A stretch of 64,000 bases of DNA from an uncultured Gammaproteobacteria bacterium (GCA_905181885.1 CAJIZI010000001.1:573765-637764), one strand, 5' to 3'; shown: positions 51,685-59,905, numbered from the stretch's first letter. Numbers and translations: made by a program. Notes: generated by a model from the sequence alone, not told the origin.

Positions 51685-52902
51685 TTAGTGTGGTTTTGAC
51701 ATTAAGTATTGATAAACTCCGGTGTGTTGCTGCCGGAAACCTGCTTCGCAGTATGACAAATAATATCGCCACATACGTATAAATTGCTCATCGTAACCAA
51801 GATCTTCTACTTGATGTACAACATCATTAAACCGCTGATGCCAAGCTAAAACAGTCTGCTCATAATGAGAACCGTAGTTAGTGGCTTGTTCGATTTTAAG
51901 TCCTGCCTGTTCTGCATGTTGAGAAAAAATCTCAGGAGAAGGAAGCATACCTCCAGGGAAGATATAGCGTTGAATAAAATCCACATTTTGTCGATAGTGG
52001 TCAAAATACTGCTCGTCAATGGTTATTGTTTGTAGGGCTATTTTGCCTCCTGATTTTAGACGTGCAAATAACATTTCAAAAAAGCCAGGCCAATAAGTCT
52101 CGCCAACGGCTTCAAACATCTCAATACTGACAATATGATCAAACTGTTCTTCTATATCACGGTAATCTTGTAATCGTAAATCAACAATTGAATCAAAACC
52201 TGCATCACGAATTCGCTGTTGTCCCCATGTTAATTGTTCAGTCGATAAGGTAACTCCGGTTACTTTATAACCTTGCTTAGCGGCATGTTCAGCAAAGCCT
52301 CCCCAACCGCAGCCCACTTCTAGAATGTGTTGTCCAGGCTTTGCACCGAGAGAAGAAAGCAGGAGTTCATATTTTCGAGTTTGTGCTTGTTCAAGGCTAT
52401 CAGCTGGATCAGCAAATATAGCACTTGAATAGGTCATCGTTGAGTCAAGCCATAACTGATAGAAGTCATTACCTAAATCATAATGTGCGGAGATATTGCG
52501 GCGGCTACCTCGTTGACTGTTTCGTCGAGTTATATGACGCAGGCGGTTAAATAAGCGAATAAAGAAATTAGCTTCAAGGTGGGTTGATAATTCTTCTAAG
52601 TTGAGTGTAGCCCAGTAGAGGAAGTCAGATAGACTACTTGTGTCCCACTCGCCTTGCATATAGGCCTCGGCAAAGCCAATATCACCATCTCTGCTTAACT
52701 TTTTAATGATTTTTAGGCTTTTATGAATGGTGATGTTTGCATCGGGTCCGGGCTCCTTTCCCTCAACAAGGTAAGTTTCGGCATCAACTGTAATATGAAG
52801 GCGACCTCGCTTACATTTTGATAACACTTGATAGAGCAGCTTGATTGTGAGCGGCGCACTGGGATCAGGAAGTAATCTTATTTTCGAGTTTTCACTAACC
52901 AT
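51685..52902 (-). CDS. Cyclopropane-fatty-acyl-phospholipid-synthase-family SAM methyltransferase (UfaM-like)
   Basis: 405 aa. HYDLGNDFY, ILEVGCGWGGFA and FEAVG motifs of the CMAS family. Confidence 0.8.
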   Translation of the reverse strand: MVSENSKIRLLPDPSAPLTIKLLYQVLSKCKRGRLHITVDAETYLVEGKEPGPDANITIHKSLKIIKKLSRDGDIGFAEAYMQGEWDTSSLSDFLYWATLNLEELSTHLEANFFIRLFNRLRHITRRNSQRGSRRNISAHYDLGNDFYQLWLDSTMTYSSAIFADPADSLEQAQTRKYELLLSSLGAKPGQHILEVGCGWGGFAEHAAKQGYKVTGVTLSTEQLTWGQQRIRDAGFDSIVDLRLQDYRDIEEQFDHIVSIEMFEAVGETYWPGFFEMLFARLKSGGKIALQTITIDEQYFDHYRQNVDFIQRYIFPGGMLPSPEIFSQHAEQAGLKIEQATNYGSHYEQTVLAWHQRFNDVVHQVEDLGYDEQFIRMWRYYLSYCEAGFRQQHTGVYQYLMSKPH

Positions 52903-53660
52903 TCGCTTTTGACCTCTTGCTGTTTATTTTTGTCATATGAATGAAACTTTCCACCGCGTATCCATATTTTCAATGCGTGCCAATGGATCATGAACATGAT
53001 TTTGAAAGTCATCATTGGCATCATAAAAAAGGCCTTGAGCAAATGTAAGTTGTTTAAGGTTTTAATTTTAGAATTTTGAGATGCAATAAAATGAAGTTGA
53101 TCATTTTGGTATTCGTTGATTAAAATACCGAATCTAGCTTCAGATTGAGTAAATTTAAAGTGATATTGTTGATCCATATCAATGAATGGGGATACATAAA
53201 AGCGCTTTTCTGCAATGCATTCCACCGGCCACTTTAGGCTTTGTCCTTCATTGTGATGGACATAATGATAAGCATCTCCAAAGGTATTACTGACCTCACT
53301 GATAACCGCAACAGTTTCCCCATCTGAACCATCACAATACCAAACAGAGATGGGATTAAAGCCATAACCCAAAACACGAGGGAAGCATGATAATCGGATG
53401 CGATCAACATTGTCTATTCCTGCATCAGATAATGTTTTTTCTACCCAAGGCCGCCAGGCCGTTCCATCTCTAGGACCATGATCCTGCTTTCGGAGACTGA
53501 GTAAATTAAACCGCTCTAAACTAAGCCATCTCAAAGAAGAAGCTTCTTGCTCAATAAGATCTATATCAATCAATAACCCGAAGACCTTATAGGTAAACTG
53601 GTAGGCTACAGGGAGTATGCGTTGGTGCATGACATGCCCAAAAAAGAGCTTACTTGCCAT
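52878..53660 (-). CDS. DUF1365-family protein (UfaO-like)
   Basis: 260 aa. G.V.H.R..P..Y.F.Y start and the FNPISVWYC motif typical of DUF1365. Overlaps both neighbours. Confidence 0.7.
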   Translation of the reverse strand: MASKLFFGHVMHQRILPVAYQFTYKVFGLLIDIDLIEQEASSLRWLSLERFNLLSLRKQDHGPRDGTAWRPWVEKTLSDAGIDNVDRIRLSCFPRVLGYGFNPISVWYCDGSDGETVAVISEVSNTFGDAYHYVHHNEGQSLKWPVECIAEKRFYVSPFIDMDQQYHFKFTQSEARFGILINEYQNDQLHFIASQNSKIKTLNNLHLLKAFFMMPMMTFKIMFMIHWHALKIWIRGGKFHSYDKNKQQEVKSEWLVKTRK

Positions 53661-54948
53661 TAGCTACTCCCTGTTCCCAAGGAATAGGAACGTTTAACTC
53701 TCTAGCGATAGAAACAGCAGAACTCAGCGCATCCTCATGGAAGCCATAACCAAAGTAACTTCCTGCAAACCAAGTTCTATTTTGACCCTGTAACTTATAA
53801 AGTTGTTTCTGAGCCCCCATCGCACGATTATCGAAAACAGGGTGCATATAATTAATTCTACGAATAATCTTATGAGGAGCAATTTTATGAATTGGGTTTA
53901 AGCTAACAAAAAAGTTTTGTGAGTCATCTAGGCCCTGTAATGCATTCATCCAATAACTGACAGACACCGAAGGAGTAGTCTCACCACTCTGCTTTGCAAG
54001 ATAATTCCAGCATGACCAAACTTTTGAGAGTGTTGGCATGAGATTGGGATCAGTATGTAAATAAGTATCATTTTCTTGATAGCGGAATGAAGATAACAAG
54101 TCTTGTTCAAGTTTGGACTTATTTATGAGTAGAGATAAAGCTTCATCAGCATGAGTTGCAATAATAACTTGGTCTACATTAAGTTCTTGCCCGTCTTCTA
54201 ATGTAATGACAACGGAATCAGTTTTTCGATCTATCTTGGTGGCCCCATTATTGATAATCGTTTCTCCAGGAAACGAATCTAACAACTTATCGACATAGCG
54301 TTGGCTTCCACCGACAACGGTTCGCCACTGAGGGCGGTCTTTTACGTTTAATAAGCCATGATTATCAAAAAACTGAGCAAAACTTTTAGCAGGGAACGAT
54401 TGCATTTGTTGAGGTGGGCAAGACCAAATAGCTGCAGCCATGGGTAGCAAATAATCATCCTGCATTGGTTTACCAATGCGTAGATCAGAGAGGAAGTCAC
54501 CTAAAGTGAGTTTAGAGTCAGTTTGATTATTACTGATAAGTGCTTTGGCATTTCGATTAAACTTAAGGATGTCATAAACTAACTTGATAAATCGTGGAGA
54601 TAACAGATTTCTCCGTTGGGCAAATAAAGTATCTAGATTGTTACCGGCATATTCCAGGCCTGAATTTAAGATCGAAGCAGAGAAGGTCATGTCTGTCACT
54701 TGTGTTTTTACACCAAGAGTATTTAGCAAACCGACTAAATTTGGGTAGTTTGGTTCGTTATAGACAATAAATCCTGTATCGACAGCAGTAACAATACCTG
54801 TCTTTTCATTAGCCACTGAAATGGTATTGGTGTGCCCGCCAATATAGTTATTTTTGTCGATCAAAACTACTTTGTACCGTTGACTTAATAGCCATGCACT
54901 AGCCATTCCAGCAATACCAGTTCCTATGACGGCTATTTTCTTAGTCAA
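53650..54948 (-). CDS. FAD-dependent oxidoreductase, amine-oxidase-like (UfaD-like)
   Basis: 432 aa. IAVIGTGIAGMASAWLL dinucleotide-binding motif. C-terminal WFAGSYFGYGFHEDAL. Confidence 0.75.
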   Translation of the reverse strand: MTKKIAVIGTGIAGMASAWLLSQRYKVVLIDKNNYIGGHTNTISVANEKTGIVTAVDTGFIVYNEPNYPNLVGLLNTLGVKTQVTDMTFSASILNSGLEYAGNNLDTLFAQRRNLLSPRFIKLVYDILKFNRNAKALISNNQTDSKLTLGDFLSDLRIGKPMQDDYLLPMAAAIWSCPPQQMQSFPAKSFAQFFDNHGLLNVKDRPQWRTVVGGSQRYVDKLLDSFPGETIINNGATKIDRKTDSVVITLEDGQELNVDQVIIATHADEALSLLINKSKLEQDLLSSFRYQENDTYLHTDPNLMPTLSKVWSCWNYLAKQSGETTPSVSVSYWMNALQGLDDSQNFFVSLNPIHKIAPHKIIRRINYMHPVFDNRAMGAQKQLYKLQGQNRTWFAGSYFGYGFHEDALSSAVSIARELNVPIPWEQGVANGK

Positions 54949-55016
54949 AATGTTTTCCTTAAGCTCGTAATAGAATTATGACCAATATAAGCTTTATTTA
55001 TCATAAGCTTTATTTA

Positions 55017-55934
55017 TCATAATATTTTCTTTCCTTTAGTTAAGATGTTGTTTAGTGCAGGTGCAAGACGGGGATATGTAAAATTAAACCCATTTTCTAA
55101 TGCTCGCTGAGGTACTGCACGTTGCCCTGTTAATAATAAAGAAGACATTTCTCCTAAGAGTATTTTTAATAGCCATTTAGGTGCAGGAAGCAGTTTGTAT
55201 CGGTGTAGTTGTTTAGCAAGCTCAGTGGTGAACTCATGATTAGTAACAGGGTTGGGGGCAGAGGCATTAAAAACACCTTTTAAATCCTTATTCGATGCTA
55301 AAAAGATTAATAAATTAATCATGTCAGAAATATGGATCCAAGGCATGTACTGATGGCCGTCACCTAGAGTGCCTCCTAAATTGAATTTAAAGGGCAATAA
55401 CATTTTTTGTAACATGCCACCCTTTGATGCCAACACTAAACCTGTTCTAACGATACACACTCTTATACCTGCTTTACCTGCTTGCAATGCTTGCTGTTCC
55501 CAAGCAGCACAGAGCTTATGGGTGTATTCATCGTGATATTTAGATTCTTCCGTTAAAATTTGGTCACCACTATCACCATACCAACCAACGGCTGAGCCGC
55601 TAATGAAACATTCTGGCTTTTGTTTTCTATTGAGGATCCAATTAACAAGCTCTCGTGTTGTGTTGATGCGACTGGACTCTAGCAACTTTTTACGTTTATT
55701 TGTCCATTTAGCGTTAGCAATCGGTTCACCTGCAAGGTTTATCACAATATTTATAGTGCTATCAGGTAATATTTCGGTTAAAGATTGAATAGCTTTAACG
55801 TTGATGCCACATTTATCTTTAACAGTATTAGGGGTTCTACTAATCACAGTTACATTGTGTCCTTCAGCTATTAACTGTTGACATAATTTTGAGCCAATTA
55901 GACCTGATCCACCGGATATAAGGTAGTGTTTCAT
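55017..55934 (-). CDS. TIGR01777-family (YfcH-like, DUF1731) NAD-dependent epimerase/dehydratase-fold protein
   Basis: 305 aa. ISGGSGLIGSKL Rossmann motif and a C-terminal DUF1731-like L..GF.F.YP segment. Confidence 0.7.
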   Translation of the reverse strand: MKHYLISGGSGLIGSKLCQQLIAEGHNVTVISRTPNTVKDKCGINVKAIQSLTEILPDSTINIVINLAGEPIANAKWTNKRKKLLESSRINTTRELVNWILNRKQKPECFISGSAVGWYGDSGDQILTEESKYHDEYTHKLCAAWEQQALQAGKAGIRVCIVRTGLVLASKGGMLQKMLLPFKFNLGGTLGDGHQYMPWIHISDMINLLIFLASNKDLKGVFNASAPNPVTNHEFTTELAKQLHRYKLLPAPKWLLKILLGEMSSLLLTGQRAVPQRALENGFNFTYPRLAPALNNILTKGKKIL

Positions 55935-56020
55935 AAGATAAAGACTTTACCTTTATTTGAACTCAGTATTATTAAGTTAAAACCATTTCTAACTACTTGT
56001 GAGCTTTTTTAATATGTGTA

Positions 56021-56059
56021 AAAAAAAAGCAACGGCATTAGTCAATGTCGTTGCTTTTA
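56021..56059 (-). terminator. Strong (bidirectional-looking) Rho-independent terminator ending the AlkB-like operon
   Basis: 13-bp stem AAGCAACGGCATT / AATGTCGTTGCTT with loop AGTC. Flanked by an A9 run on plus (T9 for minus-strand transcripts) and by T4. Confidence 0.8.
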
Positions 56060-56078
56060 TGGGTTTAACTAGGCGCTG

Positions 56079-56282
56079 TTATTTAAACCATTCAAACGGG
56101 CGTTCACCAGCAATTTTGAAATACAAAGACATATTGATCATATGTACAACAAGCAATGCAATGCCAATCCCAACAGCCCATAATGGGTTTCTGAAGTGCT
56201 CATGTGCACCAATGGCAACAAGACCATAAAATGCGATAGCTGTCCAGATAACCATAACTATTAAAGCTTTGAAAGAAGCCAT
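56079..56282 (-). CDS. Small two-TM membrane protein of unknown function (67 aa)
   Basis: The ATG at 56282 has GGAG 6 nt upstream. Two hydrophobic helices (ALIVMVIWTAIAFYGLVAIG, LWAVGIGIALLVVHMI). Third gene of the AlkB-like operon. Confidence 0.55.
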   Translation of the reverse strand: MASFKALIVMVIWTAIAFYGLVAIGAHEHFRNPLWAVGIGIALLVVHMINMSLYFKIAGERPFEWFK

Positions 56283-56350
56283 ATTTATCTCCAATTTAAA
56301 GTTTAAGTAACGAAGCTAACTTAATAACCGCGGCTTATTTTTTCTTTCAG

Positions 56351-57424
56351 TTACTGTGGTTTGTGACTCTTATCTAGGAATTTATCATAGAATATCGAAT
56401 CTTTGGTAATACCGTTTTTCTTGAATACACTAATAGATGCGTCAATCATGCCGGGTGGACCACAAAGATAAGCTTGGCCCCTGAGTGCCTTTCTAGAATC
56501 TTTGATAAAATCTACACAAGAACCTCTATTTCCTTCCCATGAGCTATCTTCTGGCTCTTCTGATAGGCAAGGAATATATTCGAACCTTCCAAGACCTTTA
56601 CTTACCCAATCTGACCCTAATTTTTCAATTAAGTCACCAAGGTATAGATCTTTTTGTTCCCGAGCGCCAAAGATGAAGCGAACATCAGCCATTCTGCCTG
56701 ATTCAAGTGCATCTTGTAGAACACCTACAATAGCACTCATGCCACTACCACCTGCGACACAGGTCATTTGAGCAGGCTTTTTGGCCAAACCAAATACACC
56801 ATAGGGGCCGCTCATCGTCATAGTTTCTCCGGTACGATCACCCTCAAACAACCAGTCGGTAAATTCACCACCAGGGACTTTTCTGATGTAGAACAAGAAT
56901 TCTTTTTGACCAAGACTTGGTGCTGTTGCAAATGAGTAACTACGCCCTTCGTCAAGATGGGGTAGTTTCAGATCTGCATACTGACCAGCTTTATACAAAA
57001 GCTCTGTCGATGAGACTGCAGAGTCGTCAATTTCAATGACAAGCTCTTTGATATCATGTGTTAAGTCACGGATCTGCTTAATAACTGTTTCCGATTCCCA
57101 ATGAAGTTGTCCTTCACCAGCAAGAAGTTCAACTTCAACTTCTATATCAGTCTTGAGTGCCGTTTGACACGCTAGAATGTAGTTATTTTGTAGGTCCTCG
57201 GCTTCTAAGGTATATGCAAAATCAGCTAAAGGATTTATTTTACCTTCAATTAAGCGACATTTGCATGAACCACAGCTGCCTACTCGACAATCATGTGGCC
57301 AAGGTATTCCGGCTTCGAGCGCTGTCTGTAAAAGGTTGTCACCAGCTTTTACAGTCACCACTTCAGTGCCATTTATCTTGGCGGTAGTTTCTTGTTTTTC
57401 TTTACTTTTGAAAAAACCAAACAT
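56351..57424 (-). CDS. XylA/CymAb-type electron-transfer protein: N-terminal plant-type [2Fe-2S] ferredoxin fused to an FNR-like FAD/NAD(P)H reductase
   Basis: CRVGSCGSCKC...ILACQT (Cx4Cx2C...C), RSYSFA FAD motif and GGSGMSAI NAD motif. Lies directly downstream of the membrane hydroxylase gene. Confidence 0.8.
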   Translation of the reverse strand: MFGFFKSKEKQETTAKINGTEVVTVKAGDNLLQTALEAGIPWPHDCRVGSCGSCKCRLIEGKINPLADFAYTLEAEDLQNNYILACQTALKTDIEVEVELLAGEGQLHWESETVIKQIRDLTHDIKELVIEIDDSAVSSTELLYKAGQYADLKLPHLDEGRSYSFATAPSLGQKEFLFYIRKVPGGEFTDWLFEGDRTGETMTMSGPYGVFGLAKKPAQMTCVAGGSGMSAIVGVLQDALESGRMADVRFIFGAREQKDLYLGDLIEKLGSDWVSKGLGRFEYIPCLSEEPEDSSWEGNRGSCVDFIKDSRKALRGQAYLCGPPGMIDASISVFKKNGITKDSIFYDKFLDKSHKPQ

Positions 57425-57476
57425 AATTTATTTATCTTTAAGTTATGAGTAGCAACGAGTATGCGTTACTAGTTTT

Positions 57477-57516
57477 AAAAAAAAATGGGCCCAATGTCAA
57501 AGACATCGAGCCCATT
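57477..57516 (-). terminator. Intra-operon hairpin + T9 (terminator/attenuator) between hydroxylase and reductase genes
   Basis: On the minus strand: AATGGGCTCGATGTCTTTGACATTGGGCCCATT followed by T9. An imperfect stem with two mismatches. Confidence 0.55.
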
Positions 57517-57526
57517 CAGGTTTTAT

Positions 57527-58708
57527 CTAGATTGGAGCATGTTTTGAATAATCATCTGGTACGGCGTAGCCAGATTGTTCATTAATTCTTGCAGCAATCT
57601 CTAACTCGCCTTCTGTAGCGAAATCTCTGTCCCATGTTGCTAATTTTTTCTTCATCATCATATGGTATAGAGGTGGAATTAACGCTACAGTAAACTCTGT
57701 AAAGTAACCCCAACGAGCGTTTGGTGAACCTACTTCATCTAATTCCCAGAAGTGAGTTTCGCCACGGTCATGGTGATCACCTTGACGACCGATTTCAATG
57801 AAGAACCAACTTGTGAACAAGTTGCTGTTATCCCATGAATGACGGTAATCAATTGGTTGACCTTTTTCACGAATAAGACCGTAATGCTCCATGTAGTTCA
57901 ACGCTTCTAACTCAAAGTTAGAAATAGTTAATACTAAGAACATTGCAGCTACACCCATAACACCACCAGCATAAGTAAATAATACTAATGTTGGTAAGCT
58001 CATGAAGTAACCACGGATCCAACGGTTTTCAGTTGAAAGGAATGATTTGCCTAATTTAGCTAGACGAGTCTGTTCCATTCTGAACAAGAATTTTGATTGA
58101 CCCATGTGTGACAACCAGAAATGTCTGTAGATAGAACGACCGCGTGGCGAAGTAGCAGGATCATCTTCATGTGCTAGTTCTAGATGGTGGTTGTATACGT
58201 GAGCATACGCAAAGTGTGAAGAACCACTTAAACCCATCATCAAACGAGAAATAACAAAGCTGAAGCCTTTAGTATGAGATAACTCGTGTCCGTAGATAAT
58301 ACCGATACCAGCGAAGATACCTGTAGAAGCTGCAGCAACTGCTAACTCAAGACCTGTAATACCATTTGTCATCGGTATCATGCCGTATAACATAGTAGTT
58401 GTGATAGCAGTACCATCTACATACTGCATTACACGCCATGCTAGAGCAACTTGTAACAAAGCAAATACAGGTAACATAACGTACATTACTGTGTTTTGTA
58501 ATGTTGGCATGCCCATTGTATCGCCGTTGTCATCAAAGCCAGCACCTGGTGGGTGGAAAGGCATAGTGATTGTATCAAGAATGATACCGACACCAAATAG
58601 TGCGATACCTACCCAGACGAACATTCCGCCCAGTATAATACTTGCTAGCGTTACTAATATTAGTATTGGTGCTAGCCAGTATCTGATGTTAATTAAGAGC
58701 TTTTTCAT
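57527..58708 (-). CDS. AlkB/XylM-family integral-membrane non-heme di-iron hydroxylase (fatty-acid-desaturase superfamily), divergent member
   Basis: 393 aa and multi-TM. His boxes HELSH, HVYNHH and NYMEHYGL. The last box reads GRQGDHH instead of the AlkB-type RHSDHH. No rubredoxin gene is nearby. Confidence 0.75.
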   Translation of the reverse strand: MKKLLINIRYWLAPILILVTLASIILGGMFVWVGIALFGVGIILDTITMPFHPPGAGFDDNGDTMGMPTLQNTVMYVMLPVFALLQVALAWRVMQYVDGTAITTTMLYGMIPMTNGITGLELAVAAASTGIFAGIGIIYGHELSHTKGFSFVISRLMMGLSGSSHFAYAHVYNHHLELAHEDDPATSPRGRSIYRHFWLSHMGQSKFLFRMEQTRLAKLGKSFLSTENRWIRGYFMSLPTLVLFTYAGGVMGVAAMFLVLTISNFELEALNYMEHYGLIREKGQPIDYRHSWDNSNLFTSWFFIEIGRQGDHHDRGETHFWELDEVGSPNARWGYFTEFTVALIPPLYHMMMKKKLATWDRDFATEGELEIAARINEQSGYAVPDDYSKHAPI

Positions 58709-58842
58709 GGTATAAATACCCCGTAAAAATTAATTTTAATATATTGTTGATAAACAACTAGGTAAGCAAAAACTTACTGTTTATATTAGTCGAAAAATTT
58801 CGAACTAGTAGCCATCATATTTGACAACCTTGACATTTGTAA

Positions 58843-58882
58843 TACGTAATTATACAAAGAAAGATTATTGTATAACTACGTA
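58843..58882. promoter_or_regulatory. Operator copy 1: inverted repeat TACGTAATTATACAA-N10-TTGTATAACTACGTA
   Basis: 15-10-15 inverted repeat with one mismatch, about 150 nt upstream of the AlkB-like ATG. Two TTGACA hexamers (58821-58826 and 58830-58835) lie just to its left. Confidence 0.6.
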
Positions 58883-59021
58883 TATTGTTACTAACTTTTA
58901 AACTCTATAAAGTTATATTATTCTTATAAATCAATTGTATAAGTAAAAATTTATATTACTTTTCTCAACCAATGTATTCAGAACCAATGAGCATTCTATG
59001 CTGAGAGTAGCTTGTTTGAAA

Positions 59022-59060
59022 TACGTAATTATACAAAGAAATCATATTGTATAACTACTA
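59022..59060. promoter_or_regulatory. Operator copy 2: GTAATTATACAA-N10-TTGTATAACTAC with overlapping candidate promoter
   Basis: Same arms as copy 1, 179 bp to its right. The right arm TTGTAT (59047-59052) sits 17 nt from TACTAT (59070-59075), a plausible sigma70 promoter about 25 nt before the ybgA-like ATG. Confidence 0.6.
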
Positions 59061-59098
59061 GGTTGTTGTTACTATACATATAGTAGTTAGAGGATATA

Positions 59099-59905
59099 AT
59101 GAAAATTAAAGTTGGATTAAGCAGCTGTCTGATGGGTAACAACGTTCGTTTCGATGGTGGCCATAAACACTCGAAGATGTGTAGTCAGAATTTAGCTCGT
59201 CATTTTGATTTCATCTCAGAAGGTTCAGAATTTGGAATTGGGATGGGAACCCCCAGGAAACCAATTCGTCTGATTGGTGATGTTAACTCACCTTTAACCG
59301 TTTCAACTCAGGACAATGCTATCGACCATACTAAAAAAATGGTTGAATTTAGCTACCAAAAAGCCAAAGAATATTCAGAGCTACCTATAGAAGAGTCAGG
59401 CAGGTTAATAGCCCCCTCGTTGGGTGAAAACTTTATTACCCGTGTTTTTGCTTATCATAAATGGCAGCAATTAAAACAGGTTGGCTTTACCTACCACGGT
59501 ATCATCGAGTTTCACTCAAGCTATAAATATAGCTTGATGGCACATTCACCAGCCAGCTACATTGAGCTTGGGAGAATGTTAGCTGATGCGGGTAAGCGCG
59601 AGGTCGATGATTTAGCTGAGTGCTACTTCCCCTTGTTAATGAGTGCACTAGGTAAAGTTGCGACACGAAAAACACACACTAACGTGCTGATGCATATACA
59701 GGGCTACTTAAAAAGAGTGCTCTCTAGCATAGAGAAACATGAGTTATCCAAGCTTATTAATCAGTATCGTTTAGCTCAAATACCCTTAATCGTTCCGATA
59801 ACATTATTAAAACACCATTTTAGTAATCATCCTCATTCCTATATAGCTAAGCAAGTCTATCTAGAGCCTTACCCTGATGACTTGAGCTTACGCAATGCAA
59901 TCTAA
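59099..59905 (+). CDS. YbgA-like DUF1722 protein with a degenerate, truncated N-terminal DUF523-like segment
   Basis: The N-terminus KVGLSSCLMGNNVRFDGGHK resembles DUF523. The usual PVCPE is SEGSE here and about 55 residues (the SPSCG region) appear to be missing. The C-terminal two thirds (ENFITRVFAYHKW...YKYSLMAHS...HTNVLMHIQGY) fit DUF1722. It lies upstream of the photolyase gene, like E. coli ybgA-phr. Confidence 0.65.
   Translation: MKIKVGLSSCLMGNNVRFDGGHKHSKMCSQNLARHFDFISEGSEFGIGMGTPRKPIRLIGDVNSPLTVSTQDNAIDHTKKMVEFSYQKAKEYSELPIEESGRLIAPSLGENFITRVFAYHKWQQLKQVGFTYHGIIEFHSSYKYSLMAHSPASYIELGRMLADAGKREVDDLAECYFPLLMSALGKVATRKTHTNVLMHIQGYLKRVLSSIEKHELSKLINQYRLAQIPLIVPITLLKHHFSNHPHSYIAKQVYLEPYPDDLSLRNAI

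Noticed and set aside
56311-56335. The near-palindrome AATAACCGCGGCTTATT after the reductase gene as a terminator.
   Set aside because: The central CCGCGG leaves essentially no loop and the arms mismatch, so it is not a credible hairpin terminator.
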